Assembly: GCA_964477915.1 (NCBI GenBank)
Contig: CAYZGB010000003.1
Location: forward strand, 1-49,094
From: an uncultured Melioribacter sp.
GTDB lineage: Bacteria > Bacteroidota > Ignavibacteria > Ignavibacteriales > Melioribacteraceae
Direction: 5' to 3'
DNA: 49,094 bases
A program made the position numbers and the translations under genes. Every line of letters starts with the position of its first letter. The stretch's first letter is position 1. The notes beneath the pieces are model-generated. The model was not told the DNA's origin, ran no database searches, and was given only the letters and a program-made list of their open reading frames with translations. Shown here piece by piece: positions 39,401 through 47,743 of the stretch.

Positions 39401-39619
39401 AATAGTAGCATTAGGGGATGCAAAAGTTGCATCGTCATCAAACTCTGCATCGTAAGGGCCATTGCCGTTGCCATCATCAAAATCCGTCCAACTAACAGAA
39501 GTTAGTGTTGCAGAAACTGATGTAGCTCCATCGGCTGGCGTTACAGGAGTTTGAGAATATATCTGTGATGAAAAAACTGCGAAAAGTAAAACAAGTAAGG
39601 TAAGCTTGAGACGTTCCAT
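36494..39619 (-). CDS. Large secreted repeat protein with a C-terminal T9SS (Por_Secre_tail) sorting domain
   Basis: Signal peptide and nine Fn3/Ig-like modules, each ending in a (T/G)xYYW(R/K)V motif. The C-terminus is NYPNPFNPTTTIKFQLPE...GIYFYRISAGNFVSVKKLMLLK. Confidence 0.85.
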   Translation of the reverse strand: MERLKLTLLVLLFAVFSSQIYSQTPVTPADGATSVSATLTSVSWTDFDDGNGNGPYDAEFDDDATFASPNATISGTSATSLSVTVVNNTTYYWRVKDTDTDGAGTDGSWHSYSFTTELATPSLIDPSGSYSSTTTFNWSMAGNYSNVDFDVVVATDNAFNNVVGNSTVSGVLTTSISLPSAGVYYWKVTATVNDATAPNNGESKVSTTGSFTLTIPGPTLTAPVNGLTGVAIEPTMTWQAVTGAVSYKIYVDDASDFATPIFEEDEGTNLSKAFTEADNNFPLSNGTIYYWRVASVDNAGNEYYSSTYHFTTFPDVTPTLTNPDNGATVYLTTVQLGWIINQSTGTLQYKLQYQETDQSDNTPPTTSEWASATSVTTTNTYYSLSVNGGKRYYWRVIVLNASNEVVDYSSTYYFDTAGGATVTVFPSYPIGGATVYTNSPTLYWYVDQYATGVTYQVRYATSNSVDANGELNDASAVSEPTDANIATATSAMYHTLSGLTPGTTYYWEVRPYYAATSEFGDWSSVESFSTHGSGTLVVPIVSYPTGGVTIYTTSPYLYWYINDSGIGLTYDIQVDDDNTFASPDYTGSTTTNVTYIHASGLTAGTTYYWRVRSNNGSSQSAWSNPVGTFTIAGGVSNGYPVVTYPTGNPVVYTNQPTLYWYLEGSSLGLTKYVVRWKEGSNSTDWLTDYDGSADITNLNTTYYTFTTSLTYGSTYYWAVASYDGSNYSAWSEGSFTVVGPSTAGVPILSAPDDGSVIYDDNVTLYWYVNGSTTGIQNYEITYSTSDVFDPSVTTTTTSTSNSLSLTGLTPGATYYWKVRSFYGGSTYSNYSSTYHFTVNPGSNPVTPLPGSPNNVNITVTSPIVSWVLPAQSESTLNYVIEYSTTQDFTNPIEIDNISEPFVQINGLQENQKYFWRVKSVNQNGESYYSPVGKFTTYTPTAVNNGSQIPAKFELSQNYPNPFNPTTTIKFQLPEQSFVTLKIYDITGKEIKTLVSSDLSAGYYSVVWNATDNNGKKVSSGIYFYRISAGNFVSVKKLMLLK

Positions 39620-39722
39620 AACATCTCCTTTATTTTGTTGGTTTAATATAATAATATTAATATTGACTTCAAAATATCAGGGAAAAGAACATTTGGGTAT
39701 GATTTAAATCACAATTTGAATT

Positions 39723-41057
39723 TTATTGAAAATTTTCCGTAAGATGATTTTTTGCTAAAATAAAAACTTCTTTCCAATTATCTATTTGTGGTTGACGGAA
39801 AATAGTTATTGAAGGATACCATGTTGATTTACTTTCATCCATTCCCCAGCGCCAATCGTGATTTTTAGAAAGCAAGAGTAAAACCGGTTTTCCCATTGCA
39901 CCGGATAGATGTGGAATAACTGTATCGGTAGTAATAATTAAATCGAGATTATCAATAATAGCGGCGGTATCCGAAAAATCTTTTAGATATTCGGATAAAT
40001 TCACGACTTCATTTTCGAGTAAAAACTCTTTTTCGCGATCAAAAATATCTTTTTGCAAAGAGAAAAAAACTGTGTTTTTTATTTCAAATATTTCCTTAAA
40101 GAATTTAACATTCGTCGAGCGAATATGATTTTTTGCAAATGTTGGATTTCCACGCCACGCGATGCCTATCTTTTTTTTGTCAGTATTTAACAAAGCACGC
40201 CATCGTTCGGATTTTTCTTTATCAGCAAAAATATACGGAATATCAATTGGGATATTTTCTTTATTAATCTTTAAAGCATAAGGCAAACTCATTAACGGAA
40301 TTTGCAAATCGTATTTTGACATTGGTGAAAAGTCCGGACGCGTTGGGACAACTCGGTCAATAAAATCAACGTTTTTGAGCAATCCTAATAATTCAATTTG
40401 AACTTCTAGAATTATTTCTCCAACTCTTTCCTTTGCAATTTTCAAAAATCGGATAAATTGAATTACATCACCGAAGCCTTGATCCGCATAAACATAAAGA
40501 GTTTTATCTTTTGCCACTTCCCCGTTCCAACGTTTGCCCGGCAATTCTTTCCGCTTTAATTCATCACTTTTAAATCGATATTCGAAAAGTTCAAATCCTT
40601 TTTCGTAATTACCGGTTAATAAATATAGCATTGACAAATTGTAATATGCGGAATAATAATCTGGATTTATCTTAATTGAGATTTCGTACTCCGAAATTGC
40701 TTCGAAAACTTTTCCACTTTCGGCAAGTGCCAAAGCATAATTGTAATGTGCCAAATAATTTTTTGGATCTCTTTCAACAGCTTGACGGAAATAATTTAAG
40801 GCAATATCAATATCTCCTTTACGAAAGAATGCTATCCCCAAATTAATTAGTGGTGTTGCCGAGTTTGTTTCAATTTCCGAGACCTTTTTTAGTTTTTCAA
40901 CTGCTTTCGAAAAATCGCCCGTCTGCAAATAAACAAAAGCAAGTAAATTAAGGACTCCCGTATTACCCGGTTCTTCAACCTCTTTATTTACAAGTAATTT
41001 TCTCGCTTCCGAAAATTTTCCTTCGTTTAATAAAGATTTTATTTCAACTGGAATCAT
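39723..41057 (-). CDS. TPR-repeat protein fused to a GT9 (heptosyltransferase-like, GT-B) domain
   Basis: N-terminal TPRs, then YADQGFGDVIQFIRFLKIAKE, IAWRGNP...N.IRS and TTDTVIPHLSGAMGKPVLLLLSKNHDWRWG. Confidence 0.75.
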   Translation of the reverse strand: MIPVEIKSLLNEGKFSEARKLLVNKEVEEPGNTGVLNLLAFVYLQTGDFSKAVEKLKKVSEIETNSATPLINLGIAFFRKGDIDIALNYFRQAVERDPKNYLAHYNYALALAESGKVFEAISEYEISIKINPDYYSAYYNLSMLYLLTGNYEKGFELFEYRFKSDELKRKELPGKRWNGEVAKDKTLYVYADQGFGDVIQFIRFLKIAKERVGEIILEVQIELLGLLKNVDFIDRVVPTRPDFSPMSKYDLQIPLMSLPYALKINKENIPIDIPYIFADKEKSERWRALLNTDKKKIGIAWRGNPTFAKNHIRSTNVKFFKEIFEIKNTVFFSLQKDIFDREKEFLLENEVVNLSEYLKDFSDTAAIIDNLDLIITTDTVIPHLSGAMGKPVLLLLSKNHDWRWGMDESKSTWYPSITIFRQPQIDNWKEVFILAKNHLTENFQ

Positions 41058-44000
41058 TTTTCACCTTCCAAAACTTTGAGTAATCTATTCTCCAATTCAC
41101 TTATTACGCTATCCCAATTTCCGTATTCTTTTTGACGTAACAAAATAGCGCTCGGGTAAAACTTTGTCTTTTCACCGGCAGAACCCCATCTCCAATCGGG
41201 ACTGTAATGCAATAACCCAATTGACTTTTTCCCCAATGCTCCCGCAAGATGAAGAAACACTGTGTCAATCGAAATAATCAAATCCATTGTATTCATTAGT
41301 TTGGCAATTGAATAAAAATCCGTAAAATATTTTTCTTCCCAAATAACATTGCTAAATTTATTGATAAAAGAAAATTCTTCATTGTTTAATTCTTTTTGTA
41401 ATAAATAAAATTCTAAATTTTTGTGTGCAAATAAATTTTCAAATCTCTTTAAATCCAAATGCCTTTTTCTTTGATGTACAGGGAAAGGATTACCTCTCCA
41501 AGCAATAGCAATTTTAGGTCTATCGGTTTTGATTGAAAATTTTTCATCTACGTCAATATATTTTCCCGGTGAAAATATTTTACGAAATACCTTGTAATAA
41601 AGGGGGAAAAGCGAAACAACCGGAATTGAATAATCATAGTTAGCAGCATTAACATAATTTATATTTAACGCTTCGTAAATAAATTTTTGCTTTTCAAATA
41701 ACGGAACAAGAGAATCTCGAACCGCTACTGATATTTTATTTTTTTGTGCAAAAGGAATAACGAACCTGATGAATTGAATTGTATCGCCTATTCCTTGTTC
41801 CTCAAAAATTAAGATATTTTTGTTTTCAAGTTCATTTAATTTTTCCGGTAATCTCGGATTTATTAACGGCGGATTTATTTTAAATCGTGCGTCGTAAAAA
41901 TCAAATCCTTCTTCAAATTTATTTTGCGAAAATTTAACTTCGGATAGAGCCAATTTGTATTCCGCTTTTTCTTCGATAGATAATGCGGTAATAATTTCTC
42001 GCTCAGCTTTTTCAAATTCCTTTTCCTCTTGAAAAATCAAGCCTAAATTGTAATGCAATTCGGCATCGTCTTTATTTTCAGTTAATAGTTTAATATAAAT
42101 TTCTTTTGCATTTTTAATTTCGCCAATTGTATAAAACACAGAAGCAAGATTAAACCAAGCGTAATAATAACTTGGCGAAAGCGAAATTGCTTTGGTGTAA
42201 TATTTTATTGCATCAGAGAAGTTTTCTTTTTCAACAAAAAATTTACCTAATAAGAAATTAATTTTCGCAGAATTCCCAAACGTGGATTTTATTTTATCGA
42301 GATTACGTTCGAAGTTTTGCAATTCACCAGTAGTTAGCAACAACAACAAATAATTGTAATAAATATCTTCCGATAGAACATCGGGGAAAAGTTTTTCGTA
42401 AAACTTGCGTGCCTCTTTCAATTGCCCGAGTTTATGGTAAGCGAGTGCAATGTTAAAAATAATTTCATTCGACTCGTTTCCATTATTGTATGCCTCCAAA
42501 AGTATTTTCAATCCTTCTTGCATTTTGCCGATTGAGAACAAATGCAATGCGTTGTTCAGAAAAATTTCAGCCGTTTCGTTTACATCAACAATTTGATTAT
42601 TTGATTTTCCAAATCTTTCTTTCAACGTCAAAGAAACTTTTTTCAAAACATCATTCCAATTTCCTAATTTATCTTGAATAAACATTTCAACATTATTGTA
42701 CCAATCGGTTTGTTTTCCGTCTTGCCAACGCCAATCGGAATTTTTGGGAAGCAAAAGCAAAGTATTGATTTTTAAAGTTAAGGCAAGATGAACAATTGCA
42801 GTATCAACTGAAACAAGTAAATCAATTTCGGGAAGTAATTTCGCAGTATCAAAAAAATCGTTTATCGATTCGGATAAATCAATAATTCCGTGTTTACTTA
42901 AAATCGCTTTTTCTTCCTCAGTAGGGGTCGGCTCAAACGAATAAATTTCGCATTTGCAATTTTCGAATGCACTTAATAATTGAGCTAATTTTATTGAACG
43001 ATATTTATCATTTTCGTGATTTGCATTTCCCCGCCAAAAAATTCCAACACGATTTTGAGTTAATTTAACATTTGATTTTTGAACATCGAAAAGAGATGAA
43101 GCTAACGAAACATTTTCAGCATTTAATAAAAACGGCAAACTTAACAACGAAATTTTACAATCGTAATTTTTTAATTCAGAATTTTCTTCATCCCTAATAA
43201 AAACAGCATCAAAAAGACCGCTCGCTTCAAAAAGCCTTGCCAGGGCTTTACGAACTACAATCCCAATTTTTTTCGCATTTACATATTTTACAAAGCGAAG
43301 GAATTGAATTGAGTCACCAAAACCTTGCTCTTCGTAGAAAAGAATTTTTAAGTTACTTGCATTCGTTAAATTTTCACATTCAGGTAATTGAATTAAATTT
43401 TGAAAATAATCTTTTTTTCGTTTCCGCCATTCGAATTCTTCCCAAGCCTTGCCGTAACGCCCGAACCTCAATAAAATCAAGGATTTGTTCCAATGTGCCT
43501 CGGCAAATCCGGGATTAATATTAATTGCTTTATCATAAAATTCTAATGCCTTCTCGTATTCGTAAAGTTTTTCGTACAGCACTCCAATATTGTAATAAAT
43601 TGAATCTTCTTCGGAATAACCGGTTGATAAAGATTTTTCAAAAAGTTGAATCGCATTTTTGTATTCACTATTCATTCTCTTAATCGATGCTAACAAATAA
43701 TATGCTTCCGGGAAATGATTATTGACTTCTAGTATTTGATTTAACAAGGCTTCCGCTTTATTGAATTTTTCGGCTTCAAAATAGTTCTTTGCCGCATTAT
43801 ATAAAAAAGAGATTTCATCTTTATTTATTTCGAACAAATCAAAGTAAGTTTGAGCTGCACGAATTTTATTTCCACTCTTTTCGTATGCTTTTGCAAGTAT
43901 GCTTAATAATTGGGGAAAAGTTTTGTTTAGTTGGTTTTCTTCAATAAAATCAATAACCTTTTTAGCTCCGCCACGTTTAATTTTTTTTTCGAGGAATGTT

Positions 44001-44116
44001 AAAAATTTGCTTGAAATTTTTTCATTGTTAAAAATATCGGTAAGAATTAATACAACATTGCCCTCTCTGTTTGTCAATAAGCTTTCAAAATCAATATTTT
44101 CAACCTCCTCTTTCAT
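41054..44116 (-). CDS. Tandem (TPR-GT9) x 2 fusion protein
   Basis: Two copies of the same module. Copy 1 has YEEQGFGDSIQFLRF ... FWRGNANHEND ... VSVDTAIVHLALTL...DWRWQ. Copy 2 has FEEQGIGDTIQFIRF ... AWRGNPFPVHQ ... ISIDTVFLHLAGALG...DWRWG. Each copy is preceded by TPRs. Confidence 0.75.
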   Translation of the reverse strand: MKEEVENIDFESLLTNREGNVVLILTDIFNNEKISSKFLTFLEKKIKRGGAKKVIDFIEENQLNKTFPQLLSILAKAYEKSGNKIRAAQTYFDLFEINKDEISFLYNAAKNYFEAEKFNKAEALLNQILEVNNHFPEAYYLLASIKRMNSEYKNAIQLFEKSLSTGYSEEDSIYYNIGVLYEKLYEYEKALEFYDKAININPGFAEAHWNKSLILLRFGRYGKAWEEFEWRKRKKDYFQNLIQLPECENLTNASNLKILFYEEQGFGDSIQFLRFVKYVNAKKIGIVVRKALARLFEASGLFDAVFIRDEENSELKNYDCKISLLSLPFLLNAENVSLASSLFDVQKSNVKLTQNRVGIFWRGNANHENDKYRSIKLAQLLSAFENCKCEIYSFEPTPTEEEKAILSKHGIIDLSESINDFFDTAKLLPEIDLLVSVDTAIVHLALTLKINTLLLLPKNSDWRWQDGKQTDWYNNVEMFIQDKLGNWNDVLKKVSLTLKERFGKSNNQIVDVNETAEIFLNNALHLFSIGKMQEGLKILLEAYNNGNESNEIIFNIALAYHKLGQLKEARKFYEKLFPDVLSEDIYYNYLLLLLTTGELQNFERNLDKIKSTFGNSAKINFLLGKFFVEKENFSDAIKYYTKAISLSPSYYYAWFNLASVFYTIGEIKNAKEIYIKLLTENKDDAELHYNLGLIFQEEKEFEKAEREIITALSIEEKAEYKLALSEVKFSQNKFEEGFDFYDARFKINPPLINPRLPEKLNELENKNILIFEEQGIGDTIQFIRFVIPFAQKNKISVAVRDSLVPLFEKQKFIYEALNINYVNAANYDYSIPVVSLFPLYYKVFRKIFSPGKYIDVDEKFSIKTDRPKIAIAWRGNPFPVHQRKRHLDLKRFENLFAHKNLEFYLLQKELNNEEFSFINKFSNVIWEEKYFTDFYSIAKLMNTMDLIISIDTVFLHLAGALGKKSIGLLHYSPDWRWGSAGEKTKFYPSAILLRQKEYGNWDSVISELENRLLKVLEGEK

Positions 44117-45629
44117 TCGATGCTTTTTTTAATTTATCAATTATTCCTTGCAATTTGTTTTTCAATTCCGAGTTTTCCGAATGATGTTCTTTAACCACAT
44201 TTAATAACATTTCCAATTTAGGAAGATTCATTTGCTTTAAATATATATTGAACAAGTACCAAAAAGTCATTAAATCTTCCGGGTTTAATTCCAGTGCTTT
44301 TTCAAAATACTTTACACTAATTTCCGGGTATTTTGAAATTAACCGACTTCCCGCTGCGTAATTGAACGTATAATCATTTTCAAAATAAGGTTTTAATAAA
44401 CTTAAACTTTCCTTAATCGTAAAATCATTCAAGTAAGAAAAAGATTTAACAAGGGAATTTATATCAATTTTATTTTTGATTTTCTCAAAATTTTCCATTG
44501 TGGATTTATCAATTAATCCTCTACTGAAAATTTCGTGATAAAACTCCATTACCATTTTATCTTCTTCTGCAATTTCAACACGCGAAAGTTTCTCAAAAAA
44601 GAATTCAAAAAGTTCTTTGTTTGAAATAATCAAAGCAACGTTGATTCCGTAAAGCAACATATTTTTTTCGTTGATGAAAATATCAAATTTTGTCGTCCGT
44701 TTTCCTTCCAATAATTCCTGATTGTAATTGTAAGCTTTAATTACGTGTGAAGAAATAATTCCCTTTTTATCTTCACCTTGCCACATATCCAAATAAACAT
44801 TAGAAAGCAATACGTGAAGCAATGGTGAACTCTCCACATATTCCAAACCTTTTTTAGCGTATGTTTCCGCTTGTTGTAAATTGCCTTTATGGAATTCGCT
44901 TGCCGCCAAATATCGATACGCTTGTGCAAGATGATTTTCGTCCAGTACCGGATTTTCGATCACCTTCAAAAAATATGGGACAGATTTTTCCGTTTCTTCA
45001 AGCATCATATACGATTGCCCGATTTGAAAAGCATCGTAAATCGAACCGGTTTCTTCATAATCCTTTAATAACAAATCAAGATTTCTACGAGCCTTCTTTA
45101 AAAGAATTTCTTTATCTACATTATACCCTAAATGAATAATGGTTATGTTTGAGTCCAAAAATTCGTAACCTAATGCACGTAATGAAGGCTCAATCTGTTC
45201 GTGAACTTTCCCGGTAAATCGGGCTTTCGGATCGTATCTGAAAAATCTTAAAAATTTCATTGAGGAAGGCAAAGCATCTTGCTCGGAATGACTTACAACA
45301 TTACAAAAATATGCAATATTACTATTATTTGTAATGTAACGTTTTATTTCATTAATAGAATCTTTATCGAGGCGTTCATCAGCATCAAGATATAAAACCC
45401 AATCGGAAGTTACCTTTGATAATCCAAAATTACGAGCAGCGGAAAAATCATTTTGCCATTCGAAGTGAAAAATTTTGGCATTGTTTTGTTTAGCAATTTC
45501 AAGTGTTTTATCGGTAGAACCGGTATCGACTAAAACTATTTCATCAACAACATTTTTTACGGAATCAAAGCACCCTTGAAGATATTTCTCTTCGTTTTTA
45601 ACAATAATGCATAATGCAATTGTTGACAT
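44100..45629 (-). CDS. Family-2 glycosyltransferase with a C-terminal TPR/helical-repeat domain (SunS-like architecture)
   Basis: CIIVKNEEKYL, VLVDTGSTDKT, WQNDFSAARN, YLDADERL, FRYDPKARFTGKVHE and IIHLGYN, followed by a helical repeat region. Confidence 0.8.
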   Translation of the reverse strand: MSTIALCIIVKNEEKYLQGCFDSVKNVVDEIVLVDTGSTDKTLEIAKQNNAKIFHFEWQNDFSAARNFGLSKVTSDWVLYLDADERLDKDSINEIKRYITNNSNIAYFCNVVSHSEQDALPSSMKFLRFFRYDPKARFTGKVHEQIEPSLRALGYEFLDSNITIIHLGYNVDKEILLKKARRNLDLLLKDYEETGSIYDAFQIGQSYMMLEETEKSVPYFLKVIENPVLDENHLAQAYRYLAASEFHKGNLQQAETYAKKGLEYVESSPLLHVLLSNVYLDMWQGEDKKGIISSHVIKAYNYNQELLEGKRTTKFDIFINEKNMLLYGINVALIISNKELFEFFFEKLSRVEIAEEDKMVMEFYHEIFSRGLIDKSTMENFEKIKNKIDINSLVKSFSYLNDFTIKESLSLLKPYFENDYTFNYAAGSRLISKYPEISVKYFEKALELNPEDLMTFWYLFNIYLKQMNLPKLEMLLNVVKEHHSENSELKNKLQGIIDKLKKASNERGG

Positions 45630-47743
45630 TAATTATTTCCGGTATCGTTATCGTCAAGTCCTAAGGCTCTGTTAACTTTTACCAGTTCACTTAAAGCGTA
45701 TTTATTATGAGGATTTATCTTTAGCGATTTTTCCAAATATTTTTTCGCTTCTTCGTCTTTTCCCATTAAGAAATGTACAGTCCCCAAGCCTGCGTAACCT
45801 TGTGCTGTTTCGGGATTATACTCAACAGATTTTTTGAAATGTTCTAATGCAGTTTCATTATCTTGAATTCCCAAATAATTAAAGCCAAGGAAATTATTTA
45901 TGCTTGATAATGCAAATGATTTATCCTCTTCTTTAAAGTTTTCAATAATTAACTTTTCGGCTTCCAATAATTTCTCAATTGCTTCTCTAAATTCTTTAAC
46001 TGCAAAATCATCGTAAGCATCTTCAATTAACTTTTCAATTTTTTCTTCCGGTGTTAGTTCATCACTTCCATCTATTTCCATATTTGTTGGGTCAATGTCT
46101 TTTTCCAACAATTTACTAACCTTTTTCAAACCGGCTTCGGCAAATTTATTACCTGGGTCATTCTTTATAGCCCATTCGTACATTACTTTTGCATTTTCAT
46201 CTTCTTCAAGCAGATAGAAAATTTCGCCAAGTCCGGCACAGGCTTGGGAACTTTCGGGGTTAAGAACCAATGCATTTTCGAATGATTTTCTTGCTTCATC
46301 AAACTGATTTAATCCCAAATAACAAAAACCTTCAAAATTCAAAATGCTTGCTAATGCAATTTTGCCTTCTCGGTGACTGGGAGTTTCTTCATAAAAATTT
46401 TGTGCTTTTTTCAAATCTTCAATTGCCGATGCAAAATTTTTATTTGTAAATTTTTCGTAAGCAGATGTAATTAGTTCATTAAATTCTTCACTATCTTCAA
46501 TATCAATTCCCAATTTTAAGGTATTATGATCGGCAGGTAATCCGAGGGACTTATTCACTTTTGCCAAACCGGCAATCGCAAAACTATTTAGAGGATTATT
46601 TTTAACCGCCCATTCGTACATTACTTTTGCCTGCTTGTCATTTCCGGTTAAATAAAAAACTTCGCCAATACCGGCACAAGCTTGCGAACTATCGGGATTA
46701 AGTTCCAACGATTTTTCGAATGTTTCTTGCGCTTCAGCGATTTTTTCCACAGCTAAATAATTAACTCCGATAAAATTCTTAATTCTTGCAAGAACATCAT
46801 TTTTATTTTCAATTTCCGATCCTTCTATCTCCATAAAAAGATTATTTAAGATTTCAATTGCTTCGTTAAATTCCTTCGCTTCAAATTTTGAAAAAGCTCG
46901 GGACATTTCTTCTTCAACTTTACGCTCTATTTCCTCATCGGAAATTGTTTCTTTTAAGCTGTGAACTGGAGATAATCCAAGATCTTGATTAACTTTTGCT
47001 AAACCGACTAAAGCGTATTCATCATTCGGAGACACTTTAAGAGCCTGCTCATACATTATTTTACTATCTTTTTTCAACCCTTTTTTGTAGAAGTACTCAC
47101 CTAAACCAATAAAAGCGGGAGCAGAATTTTTATCAACTGTAAGAACCTTTTCAAAAACTTCGCGTGCTTTTTCCAAATTATTTTCGGCAAGCAAAATATT
47201 TCCTTTTAGCAAAAGGACATCAACGTTATTTTTATCTTCAATTTCGTTTAATTTATCAAGCGCTTCGGAATATTTGTTATCGATAAACAAAGAATATGCG
47301 TCGTCATATTTCTTTTCATCGCTGTTTTCATCAATTTCTTCATCTAATGAATTGTGATCGGAGGGATAGCCTAAATATTTGTTAATATTTCTTAAAGCAG
47401 TAATTGCCCGAATATTTTCAGGTTCGTTCTTAACAGCCCATTCGAACATTTTTTTTGCTTCTTCTTTCATTTCGGCAATGAAAAATATTTGTCCCAAACC
47501 AAGACAAGCTTCAGCAGAGTTCGGATTTAGTTCCAAAGCCTTTTGGAAAGCTTCCAATGCAAATTCAACATCTTCTTGTTCAAGTGCAATAACTCCTCTT
47601 AAAACATTAATATCTTCAAGTGATATTTCATTTGCATTTTCTTCAAAAGAATTTTCGGCTTCGGACAAAGCATTTTGTGCTTCGTCAAAATTCCCTTCCT
47701 TAAACAATTCGTAAGCTCTTTGAAACTTTTCTATAAAGCTCAT
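45629..47743 (-). CDS. Cytoplasmic TPR-repeat protein built from five ~140-147 aa modules
   Basis: No signal peptide. The repeated block is (S/A)xAxxGLGExFY...AKxMYEWAxKNxPxN..AxxGLxKVNxxLGL, each copy followed by an acidic linker. Confidence 0.8.
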   Translation of the reverse strand: MSFIEKFQRAYELFKEGNFDEAQNALSEAENSFEENANEISLEDINVLRGVIALEQEDVEFALEAFQKALELNPNSAEACLGLGQIFFIAEMKEEAKKMFEWAVKNEPENIRAITALRNINKYLGYPSDHNSLDEEIDENSDEKKYDDAYSLFIDNKYSEALDKLNEIEDKNNVDVLLLKGNILLAENNLEKAREVFEKVLTVDKNSAPAFIGLGEYFYKKGLKKDSKIMYEQALKVSPNDEYALVGLAKVNQDLGLSPVHSLKETISDEEIERKVEEEMSRAFSKFEAKEFNEAIEILNNLFMEIEGSEIENKNDVLARIKNFIGVNYLAVEKIAEAQETFEKSLELNPDSSQACAGIGEVFYLTGNDKQAKVMYEWAVKNNPLNSFAIAGLAKVNKSLGLPADHNTLKLGIDIEDSEEFNELITSAYEKFTNKNFASAIEDLKKAQNFYEETPSHREGKIALASILNFEGFCYLGLNQFDEARKSFENALVLNPESSQACAGLGEIFYLLEEDENAKVMYEWAIKNDPGNKFAEAGLKKVSKLLEKDIDPTNMEIDGSDELTPEEKIEKLIEDAYDDFAVKEFREAIEKLLEAEKLIIENFKEEDKSFALSSINNFLGFNYLGIQDNETALEHFKKSVEYNPETAQGYAGLGTVHFLMGKDEEAKKYLEKSLKINPHNKYALSELVKVNRALGLDDNDTGNN

